From assembly GCA_977017575.1 (NCBI GenBank), contig CDRNVI010000034.1, positions 1 through 64,000 of the forward strand: a stretch of 64,000 bases of DNA, read 5' to 3'. Below the pieces are notes generated by a model. The model was not told the origin of the DNA and did not search any database. It saw only the letters and a list, made by a program, of their open reading frames with translations. This document shows, piece by piece, positions 21,414 to 31,550 of the stretch; positions within the stretch are counted from its first letter, which is position 1, and each line of letters begins with the position of its first letter. This DNA is from Paramoeba atlantica (taxonomy: Eukaryota; Protista; Discosea). The position numbers and the translations under genes are program-made.

Positions 21414-21778
21414 AAAGATAATTTGAGACTAAATCCTAATCACTCGATCAAAAACTAATGACTGCTATCTAGTTAAGAAAATTCCAAGTCTCTGCGTAGA
21501 ATTTCTACGTAGAACGCGTAGAATTCTACGTAGACTACCAACTATGTTTAAGTGACAATTCGCTTTTTTTGCCTATTCGGTATTTGTAATTCTAATTTGA
21601 TATGTTAAAAGCTACCAGTGCAAAGACATACAACTCTGCGAGAGCTCTCGAATGCGCTATAAATTTCCGAAACTGAAAAGTTTTTGCAAATTTTAGACCC
21701 CCCCAGATTGAAGTTTTCACCCCTGTAAGTGGTTGGGTACCCCACGGGACTATAAGTGGGGGGGGGCACAGTAATGTT

Positions 21779-23075
21779 ATTGCGGTGTTTGTAAAACTAC
21801 CGCTCTACACTCGATTATTGAAAAAAACAGTGAACAAAAACAGTGAAAATATAAAGAGGAACACAGTAATATTTATAATAGAAGAAAAATTTATAAAAGG
21901 GGGCCCCGGTGGTCCAAAACTGAAATAAAAAATTCAAAAAATGGGGGGTCCATGTGGGGGGGGGCATACGTCGCGAAATTTTTTTGCTTTTCGAAATCGA
22001 GCGCAGGGAAGTGGTAGAGTATGCCGCGGCGATAACTTCCCCCCCCTGGTACGCGCAGGAGGGGTCCGACAAGGTCAAAATTTCCGAAATTTTTGGGGCG
22101 ACCCAAAAAAGTTTTTTGACCCAAAAAAAAGTAAAAATAATATTTTTCCAAAATCGACTCCTAAAATGTGTTTTAGGAGTTTGGGGCCCCAGTTACCAGT
22201 CTACGATGTTTTTTTCGACAGATTCGCCTCCTACCCATACTGGTAAGGCATCAAAAAAGGCCCAAATTCGGGTTAAAATTTCGCAATAATCGCTGAAAAA
22301 TCGAGCTTTTTTACCCCAAAAAATAGATTATTCATGATCTTTTCGCGATTTTTCTTTTTTAGGCACTTCGTTAAACGCGGTGGTAGTTTTCAACGCGAAG
22401 CGCACAGCATGAGTGACTTCTAAGTTGAAAACGACTACTGCGTTTAACGAGGAACCTAAAAAAGAATTTGAAAAAAAAGTGAATAAAAACAGTGATTCTT
22501 AATTGCGGTGGTAGTATAACTACCGCTCTATCCTCGATTATTGAAAAAAAAGTGAACAAAAACAGTGAATATATGAAGAGGAACACAGTAATATAATAGA
22601 AGAAAAATTTATAAAAGGGGGCTCTTCGTTTAGGCTCTTCGTTAAACGCGGTGGTAGTTTTCAACGCGAAGAGCGCAACTTGAGTGACTTCTAAGTTGAA
22701 AACAACCACCGCGTTTAACGAAGAGCCTAAAAAAGAAATTAATGTTTCACCAGTATATTTTTTTCCTTTATTATATTACTGTGTTCCTCTTTATATTTTC
22801 ACTGTTTTTGTTCACTTTTTTTTCAATAATCGAGGATAGAGCGGTAGTTATACGATCACCGCAATTCTTTTCTTCTATTATATTACTGTGTTTCTCATAT
22901 TTTCACTGTTTTTGTTCACTTTTATTTTCAATAATCGAGGGTAGAGCGGTAGTTATACGATCACCGCAATTCTTTTCTTCTATTATATTACTGTGTTTGT
23001 CATATTTTCACTGTTTTTGTTCACTTTTATTTTCAATAATCGAGGGTAGAGAGGTAGTTATACAACCACCGCAAT
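21779..23075. mobile_element. B'-A unit, further A hairpin, and three inverted tandem copies of the B 5' end
   Basis: B' 21780-22345; A ~22350-22465 and ~22630-22738; ~100-bp inverted B-terminus repeats 22745-23075 ending ACCACCGCAATT. Confidence 0.8.
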
Positions 23076-23256
23076 TACTCAACGCTAAAATAGTGCGAGA
23101 GAGGAACCATTCCGAGCCTGCTCAAATCTTGCCTTAGCTTTCCGCGGCATTCCAAGCGTTTCTTTACGACGAGCGTCTGATCTTTCAATGGCTTCCCTGC
23201 GTGCCCTAATTTCCTGCGTTTCTGGTCAAAACACAAAAAAATGATCGATACTAATA

Positions 23257-23562
23257 AACCCAGATTGAAAGGGGCGAGGGAGATACGAAGCAACAGGCGT
23301 GGCAGATTCCCACTGAAAAGAAATGGTATCTCCCCGCACGAGAAAAGCCTTTGCGCTTTCTAGCTCGGAGACAAACTTCGTGCGGGAGATACCATTTCTT
23401 TTCAGTGGGAATCTGCCACGCCCGTTGCTTCGTATCTCCCTCTCCCCTTTCAATCTGGGTTATACGGCGGGCCGTTCGAGGCGGTGCAGACCCGCTGGTG
23501 CGGGTGGTGCTTTACCTCGTGACAGGTAATCTTGAAGGAAACAAGCTTCTGAAATCTTTTTC
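23257..23562. mobile_element. Element D copy 2 followed by inverted module C
   Basis: D 23257-23461; 23462-23562 is the reverse complement of the C unit and junction seen at 3250-3353. Confidence 0.85.
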
Positions 23563-23584
23563 TTGAAGTATGACCCTGCTCGTT

Positions 23585-25935
23585 TTTTTTCTCTACATAT
23601 ATACAAAATGCAAACCGTGTTTTTGGTGGCCAGCTGGCCACTTTTCGACGAAGCACAAACCGTGTTTTTGGTGGCCAGCTGGCCACCCTTCCACAACACG
23701 GCCAGCTGGCCACCCTTCCACAAATTGGCCACTTCTAAAACATGGTCACTTCCACAACATGGCCACTTCCAAAACATGGTCACTTCCACAACATGGCCAG
23801 CTGGCCACCCTTCCACAACATGGCCAGCTGGCCACTCTTCCACAACACTCTCCCACCCCCGTGGGACTCACTCAGTGGACTCACTCAACGTGAGTCACTG
23901 CCCCACGTGGCAGTACACTTACTCTCTCACGTGCCACTGTATCTACACTGCAGTCGCTGCCTCACGTGACACTACTCTTACTATCGCACGTGCCAATGCA
24001 GCTGCACTGCGATCACTGCCTCACGGGGCACTGCTCTCACTCTCTCACGTGCTACTGCAGCTACACTGCAGTCACTGCCTCACGTGGCACTACTCTTACT
24101 CTCGCACGTGCCACTGCAGCTACACTGCATCACTGCCTCACGGGGCACTGCTCTCACTCTCTCACGTGCCACTGTAGGTACAGTGCCGATGCAGTCACTG
24201 CCTCACGTGGCAGTACTCTCACTCTCTCACGTGCTACTGCAGCTACACTGCATCACTGCAGTCACTGCCTCACGTGGCACTGCCTGTCACTCTGCCACTG
24301 TATCTACACTGCAATCACTGCCTCACGTGGCAGTACACTTACTCTCTCACGTGCTACTGCAGCTGCACTGCATCACTGCAGTCACTGCCTCACGTGGCAC
24401 TGCCTGTCACTCTGCCACTGTATCTACACTGCAATCACTGCCTCACGTGGCACTACTCTCACTCTCTCACGTGCTACTGCAGCTACACTGCATCACTGCA
24501 GTCACTGCCTCACGTGGCACTGCCTGTCACTCTGCCACTGTATCTATACTGCAATCACTGCCTCACGTGACAGTACACTTACTCTCTCACGTGCTACTGC
24601 AGCTGCACTGCATCACTGCAGTCACTGCCTCACGTGGCAGTACTCTCACTCTCTCACGTGCTACTGCAGCTGCACTGTATCACTGCAGTCACTGCCTCAC
24701 ATGGCAGTGCACTTACTCTGGCACGTGCTACTGCAGCTGCACTGCATCACTGTGCAATCACTGCCTCACGTGGCACTGCCTGTCACTCTGCCACTGTATC
24801 TACACTGCAATCACTGCCTCACGTGACAGTACACTTACTCTCTCACGTGCTACTGCAGCTGCACTGCATCACTGCAGTCACTGCCTCACGTGTCACTGCC
24901 TGTCACTCTGCCACTGTATCTACACTGCAATCACTGCCTCACGTGGCAGTACACTTACTCTCTCACGTGCCACTGTATCTACACTGCAGTCGCTGCCTCA
25001 CGTGACACTACTCTTACTCTCGCACGTGCCAATGCAGCTGCACTGCGATCACTGCCTCACGTGGCAGTACTCTCACTCTCTCACGTGCTACTGCAGCTAC
25101 ACTGCAGTCACTGCCTCACGTGGCACTACTCTTACTCTCGCACGTGCCACTGCAGCTACACTGCATCACTGCCTCACGGGGCACTGCTCTCACTCTCTCA
25201 CGTGCCACTGTAGGTACAGTGCCGATGCAGTCACTGCCTCACGTGGCAGTACTCTCACTCTCTCACGTGCTACTGCAGCTACACTGCATCACTGCAGTCA
25301 CTGCCTCACGTGGCACTGCCTGTCACTCTGCCACTGTATCTACACTGCAATCACTGCCTCACGTGGCAGTACTCTTACTCTCGCACGTGCTACTGCAGCT
25401 GGACTGCATCACTGCAGTCACTGCCTCACGTGGCACTGCCTGTCACTCTGCCACTGTATCTACACTGCAGTCGCTGCCTCACGTGGCACTACTCTTACTC
25501 TCTCACGTGCTACTGCAGCTGCACTGCATCACTGCAGTCACTGCCTCACGTGGCACTGCCTGTCACTCTGCCACTGTATCTACACTGCAATCACTGCCTC
25601 ACGTGGCAGTACACTTACTCTCTCACGTGCTACTGCAGCTGCACTGCATCACTGCAGTCACTGCCTCACATGGCAGTGCACTTACTCTCTCATGTGCCAC
25701 TGCAGCTACACTGCATCACTGCAGTCACTGCCTCACATGGCAGTGCACTTACTCTGGCACGTGCTACTGCAGCTGCACTGCATCACTGTGCAATCACTGC
25801 CTCACGTGGCACTGCTCTCACTCTCTCAAGGGCCACTGTAGGTACACACTGTACCACTCGGACCTGCACATTATTTTTCTCTCTATATATATACAAAATG
25901 CAAACCGTGTTTTTGGTGGCCAGCTGGCCACTTTT
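23585..25935. repeat. Complex satellite (CACGTG/CACTGC-rich, 120-bp higher-order unit, ~1036-bp duplication) bounded by ~60-bp direct repeats
   Basis: GTCACTGCCTCACGTGG at 24261, 24381 and 24501. 23925.. matches 24961.., and 24169.. matches 25206... Flanking direct repeats ATATATACAAAATGCAAACCGTGTTTTTGGTGGCCAGCTGGCCACTTTT at ~23597 and ~25887. Confidence 0.95.
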
Positions 25936-26022
25936 TTCAAGAAAAAAAAATCTAAACAAAAAAAATCGTTCCGAATTTGTTTTTTTCGCGATTTTGAGCA
26001 TAAAATTTGTTTTGTTCAAAAA

Positions 26023-26096
26023 TGTTGATGCCGGGAATCGAACCGCGGACATCCAGCGTCAAAATGGAACCCCTTTACCAACTGGACTACTCAAAG
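26023..26096 (-). pseudogene. tRNA-like element / tRNA pseudogene with intact Pol III A and B boxes
   Basis: Minus strand: TAGTCCAGTTGG (A box), GGTTCGATTCC (B box), then TTTTT. Acceptor and anticodon stems are imperfect (loop TTTTGAC, Gln-like). Confidence 0.6.
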
Positions 26097-26401
26097 GACT
26101 CTCCTTAGTCAACCAGTTTGTCGTATCGCAGACCTTTGCAGACGCACTTTTTTTTACCAAAAGTGTTCTACAATTTGGGAAATGAGGTCGTTGTAGATGA
26201 TTTTTCGAGTATTAAAGAGTTCATCTAATGAGCTACTGCTACGTTTTAAAATTTTGAAAAAACTCGATCTCTCGCTTCTTTGAGGGGCATTTTCAAGTTT
26301 TGGAATTAACCTTAGTAAGCGAGTTAGATACTCCGTATCTCCCTCAATACAATACTTTTTGTGTCGGCCATTTTTGTGAATAATACTTTTTAGCGGGGGT
26401 G

Positions 26402-26513
26402 TAACCTACGGTAGCGAGGGAGTAGTATCTCCCTCAATGATTTCTTTTTTAGGCTCTTCGTTAAACGCGGAGGTAGTTTTCAACGCGAAGCGCGCAGAAT
26501 GAGTGACTTCTAA
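26402..26513. repeat. Motif F (GAGGGAG-TAGTAT-CTCCCTC) plus half of hairpin A
   Basis: F is the reverse complement of 20664-20697; A left arm and loop follow. Confidence 0.7.
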
Positions 26514-28506
26514 GGAGTCTGTGCAGTCAGCGCGTGACGTTTCGTGATGCTTCGTGACGGCGCGTGACGTTTCGTGACAGCCAAGATCGAGGTTTACTTG
26601 GCGTTGGCTTGACACTTGTCAGTGCCGAGCGCCTCAATCATTCAAATCCATTTCTCTAAATTGTGGCGACACAACAACCCAGTGACTGTCGTCCATGGTG
26701 ATGTACGTCATCCATGGTGATATCGGCAGCGAAGATGAGAAACGTGCGACCCCGCAGTAGTTGATGAGGACGGGATCTGTTATCCTCTTGAATCTCTGTA
26801 CCATAATGCGCTACATAACAATACAATCCATCGCATTGATCGAGCGCGCCTTGTGGGTCACCAAATAAGGGACTCAGAAACCTACCGTTCTCTAGTAAGA
26901 CGGGGCTCCTGGGAAAAAGCGAAATTTCCATTGCCTTCCGAAGCATGCGTACTTCGATATCCAATCCCGCCTCTCGAAGACTTTGCAGCATGTGGGAATG
27001 GAAAGATTCCACAACCTGACTTTGCCCACACGAAAGGCTGGACGATTAGGCCGTGCGATTGTGAAGGGAGTCAAGATCTTAGTGCCGTTCCAGCCATATT
27101 GCAACAAACATTTCGCTCTTAGAAAATGTCGTCAGGTGAAATAAGTGATGGAAACGCATCATCTAGGGTCAGGACTTTGGCGCAAAGTTAGTTTATTGAA
27201 ACAGTTTTAAGATTTTTCAATTTGTTTTTGAGTCAAAATATTGGGCGGGAGGTAATTTTAGAACCCAATTTTTGTCGAAAGTCTCCTGTAAAAAAATTAC
27301 ACTATACAACTATACACTATACAACTATACACTATACAATTATACACTATACAACTGTATTTTTCATTCGCATTGTGAATCCCAGTATAATATGCACATA
27401 AATCGGTCGTGCTTGGGATTAATAGCCGATAACAAAACAAGTTCAAAGAAAGTATCAGTCCATGAATATTGGCATCATATCGTGCCTTCCATAATAGCAT
27501 CAACAAATACTCCGCTCTCCGTCGCTTTCGTTCGTCATTGGAAAAATGGAGGAATGGCGCCACCGTCTTCCGCGAATATTCCCATCGAAGCCATGGGCAA
27601 AGGTGCCCCCAGAACATCGGAGGATTTAGAGAATGACATAGGCTTACTTGCACGTGACGTTCTGAAGCATTTCTATAGTATAACTATATTCTAAGTAAAT
27701 TATATTTTATGTAATACGTATTTCAAAGGGTGCGCTCTTTTCCACTACACATTAAGGAACATGATTGGTATACACAAAGAAAAGTATCTTTGTATATTGC
27801 ATCGCAATTTAAAGTATATTTCATAGATGCGCAAGAGCATAGCTGCGCTTACCATAATCGATACGTATATACCATACTCGATAAGTATACGTCGTTGGAA
27901 TTATTATAATCATGCCATTATTAATCTTTCTTATAAATTATATGTCTAAAACAAGTATAAACTATTCTTATGCTTATTTTCATAGTCATGTTACAGGCCG
28001 ACCAACTGCCCTTCGTGTGAGTGACAATATGTCCTGCGTTGGTCTCAAAGCGATAAAACGAATAACTTATGAATAATTCACTCATTCTGTCCCCGTTATT
28101 GCAATCTTCTAGTTCAGAATAGCTGTATGATATGCCATCGTATCCACCCTGCAAAAGTGGTTCAATTGGTTCAGTATTTGGTTCAGTTAACCATTGAACC
28201 AGCCCAAAATAGATTTGGTTCAATGAACCAAAAGGTATGGAGCACGAAGGCGCTTTTTTTCAATTCTCATTTTTGAGTGTAAAATTGAATTGAACGTTGA
28301 CACATGACCGAAGCTCCATTCTCATTTTTCAAGGTACATTCTTATTTTAGCCAGTTGTACGTTGACAGCCCAATTCTCATTTTTAGCGACTCTCAGAATA
28401 GTGACGTTTACTGTACCTATTAGGTGTACTAAGTGGGCATGGGTATACTATCCTGGAACATGGTTTAATTTAAAAAAAGTAGATGAAATGAAATCAAATT
28501 CTTTGA

Positions 28507-28976
28507 CCGTATACCCCCCCAGTAATAGAATCGATTTTGGGTCAAAATGGCCAAATCCTTGTTGCTGGGGGGGTATGCTTTTTGGGTGAGAAAGGACCTT
28601 TTTTGTTCATGAGTGCGTTGATTTTCAGCCCACCCAACCCCGCAACCACGCCATTCGCTCCCTCGCAATCGCCCTCACCCCGCCCAAACACCCCCCCGTC
28701 CAACGACCCTCCCGAGCCAAATCCTTGTTACTGGGGGTCAGCCGAAAAAGGGTCAAATACTTGTTACTGGGGGGATCTATTACGGGGGGGTCTGCGGTAG
28801 ACGAAAATCCTCGAAAAAGAGAAAAACTCTAAAAAAAGGTAACTACTAAAAAAAACTTTACTATTTGGGAAAACTGCTTTTTGGGACTTTACTAACTGGG
28901 CGCACTGTACCCCCCAGTAAGAGAAATTTGGCCATTTCGAATCAAAACCCATTCTCTTACTGGGGGGGGTATACGG
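28507..28976. mobile_element. MITE, Tc1/mariner(pogo)-like termini CCGTATACCCCCCAGTAA, TA on the right flank
   Basis: Terminal inverted repeats CCGTATACCCCCCCAGTAATAGAA / TTCTCTTACTGGGGGGGGTATACGG; homologous to 55884-56168. Confidence 0.7.
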
Positions 28977-29384
28977 TACTAAAAAAAGCTTTACCATTTG
29001 GGAAAACCGTTTTTTGGGACTTTACCAACTGGGCGCACACTGTAACCGGGTTTAGTAAATTTTTTCACGGGGTTGTTATTGGTCGATCATTCGAGCCTCA
29101 AAAAAATACCTACAGCGTTCGCCATCGGTCGTCAGCGGTCACCATTGGTTGCTACCGTTAGGCAGTGATCCCCAAGTACTATCTGCACCCCCTCCATTGG
29201 CAGAGATAATTTTTCATACAAAATCCGAAAGGTGAAATAAAAAAACGGAATCGTAAGTATGTTTTCGGAATAATAAGTGCTTCCGGAATAAAAAAACGGA
29301 ACGAAACATAATACTAGTTTACATTGAATGCAGAGTTTCAATCACAAGTGGAACCCCATTGTTCGAATGGCAAACCCCGTTAGG

Positions 29385-31160
29385 TTATTTAAGAAAGGCT
29401 TTTTGAGTTCTTGTAGCCCGAGCCTTAAGTTTTACGTTAAATTTTTTATCACTGTGCTGTGCGGTACTCGACTTTTGCTCCAATGAAGAGTTAAAACATG
29501 AATCTTCCGATGGTTTGGAAGAAGCGCGATCATTATTTTTTGCTCTGCATTTCTTGGCCTTATATTTTGAGGGAGGCATGGCGTGTTCTACGGATTCACA
29601 TAACGATTTTGCGATATGCGCAGCAGAAGGCATTGCGTTCGTACCTTGACAATCTTGATTTTGAACTTCAATTTCTTCAGGACTGCAAACATCTTGGGCT
29701 CCTCGTCTTCGGCGGTAGCGACTACGGGTACGCTCAACGAGCTGCTGCATTGTACCTTCGGAGAACTCACCTGCGATATCTTCAAGGCGGACATCTTCCA
29801 GATCCTCACCTTGAAGCTCGCGCTGCTGCTCCATCACCAAAGCAATCGGACGACTAGGGTAGCTACTCTCTGTGGCGCACGCCGCACTAAAGTACTCAGA
29901 AGACGCAGAACGCTCCAAGTGGGACACAAGAAACGGATCCTCCTCCATCTCCTTGTCTCGACTCTGTATGGATTCATTTCTGCCTGTAAGAAGAGACTCT
30001 TTCTCTTCGATGTCCTGTGATAGACATTTTCTATGACCACCGATGGTTAACTCATCCGGGACATATACTGCATTTGTATTGGTGGCTTCCTCCAACTCCT
30101 CCCCCAATTCTGACTCCTCTGCGGCATCAAACGAACACGCTGTGGAGGGTACAGAGGCTTGTTGTTTCTCCGAGACAGATACAGAAGCCGGAGCCGAAAT
30201 AACCGACGACGACGCACGCTTGCCTACGCGAGCCGCCGCTCTGTCCTTATCTACCGCCGGCACGTAGCGATACAACAACCGCTGTGCCATGGTTCGAATC
30301 TCACCACTGTTCCGCAGCTCTTGATCCATCCAACGTCGCCGAGCGGTGTAATTCACATACATTAGCTCCTTGTTCACGGCATAGCTAATCTGCGGGCTGT
30401 GCTCGCGCAGCAAATCAATCGCGAAATCCGCCAGCGTGTTCTCACCAAATTCGCGCGCCGCAGAAAGCAGAAGGTGAGCAAGACGGGTACTACGCTCCGC
30501 AAAGTCCCCAGGAAGCGGATTCTCCTGCGGTACCTCCCCATTTCGTATCGCTTGAATCACCTGCGCCAACTGCCGACGATGTGCACGATCCGTATTCACA
30601 TAAAGCACAGCATTCCGCAAAAACGACCCCCAAGGCGTCATCCTCGAAACCTCCACCCCCCCCTCCACCCTCTCCACACCCCCTCCTTTTCCTTTTTCCT
30701 CCCCTCCCCTCTTCTCCATCCCAAACGCCCGTAGCGCCCTTGAAACCGGAAGCACGCCCTGTCCATCCCACCGTCTTAACCGCTCCGTCAGCAGGGCCGC
30801 CAGCACCCCCCAGCGTTCCCCCCCCATCCGGAGTTCCATCACCTCCTCGGAGAGCAACCGGTCCGGGATGGACAGCCACTGGGCTAACGCCCCCTCGGTG
30901 TCCCGGACCGGCAGCAATCCGTTTCGACAGATCAAAATCACAACATCCACTAAGGGGAACATACGAAGCGCGTAGAGCGCGGCCGGGAGGGTTTGGGCCA
31001 TGGCGGCAAATTTGAGCTGTGCCGCGGCGGGGGAGAGCGGCGCCGTGGGGGAGAGACGCGCGTCGAGATCGGTCTTCACATCCCGCGCGCTTTTGTACAG
31101 TGTGCTTTCAAATTCGTCGATGTGCGCCCCGCCGTCGTTTTTGCACCCTTTTTTTTCCAT
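29385..31160 (-). CDS. Hypothetical protein (~590 aa from likely ATG 31160)
   Basis: Long ORF on the cluster strand; upstream of MEKKGCK is pyrimidine-rich low-complexity sequence; no family recognised. Confidence 0.7.
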   Translation of the reverse strand: MEKKGCKNDGGAHIDEFESTLYKSARDVKTDLDARLSPTAPLSPAAAQLKFAAMAQTLPAALYALRMFPLVDVVILICRNGLLPVRDTEGALAQWLSIPDRLLSEEVMELRMGGERWGVLAALLTERLRRWDGQGVLPVSRALRAFGMEKRGGEEKGKGGGVERVEGGVEVSRMTPWGSFLRNAVLYVNTDRAHRRQLAQVIQAIRNGEVPQENPLPGDFAERSTRLAHLLLSAAREFGENTLADFAIDLLREHSPQISYAVNKELMYVNYTARRRWMDQELRNSGEIRTMAQRLLYRYVPAVDKDRAAARVGKRASSSVISAPASVSVSEKQQASVPSTACSFDAAEESELGEELEEATNTNAVYVPDELTIGGHRKCLSQDIEEKESLLTGRNESIQSRDKEMEEDPFLVSHLERSASSEYFSAACATESSYPSRPIALVMEQQRELQGEDLEDVRLEDIAGEFSEGTMQQLVERTRSRYRRRRGAQDVCSPEEIEVQNQDCQGTNAMPSAAHIAKSLCESVEHAMPPSKYKAKKCRAKNNDRASSKPSEDSCFNSSLEQKSSTAQHSDKKFNVKLKARATRTQKAFLK

Positions 31161-31550
31161 TTTGTCGCGTCGGACTTTGCGGGGACGGAGGTGGACGGGA
31201 CGGGTGGGTTGGGTGAAAAGAGAAGACGAAGAAGAAGAAGGGGAAAAGAGTAAAAGAGAAAGGGGGGAAAAAGAAAAAGGGGAAAAAGAAGAAGGAGGTG
31301 AGGGGGTGAGGGGGTGAAGGCGTCGGAGGGTGAAGCGAGGGTGGGGGAGAGGCATGGGGGAGGGTGGGGAGAAAGGGAAGGGTGAGGGTTAGGAAGAGAG
31401 ATAGAGGTAGAGAGGGAAGGAGTGGGTGAAAAAGGGAAAAAGAGAGAAAAGGGAAAGGATAAGAGTAGAGAAATGGCGTGTTTTCTATACAAAAAGAAGA
31501 AAATGATGTACAAAAAATACGGAAAATGTTGCTACAAATCGTGTCACCTG

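Noticed and set aside
23563-26185. Long Cys/His-rich ORFs (up to 585 aa) in several frames
   Set aside because: They are a by-product of a stop-poor satellite that is open in multiple frames at once, with no coherent domain.
26100-26400. snRNA or 7SL gene driven by the divergent tRNA-like A/B boxes, as in trypanosomes
   Set aside because: No U6 ACAGAG box, U2 branch-pairing motif, Sm site in a plausible fold, or SRP helix seen upstream.
26656-27694. Short ORFs and a stop-interrupted reading frame between the satellite and the MITE
   Set aside because: No recognisable domain; may be a decayed gene but cannot be supported.
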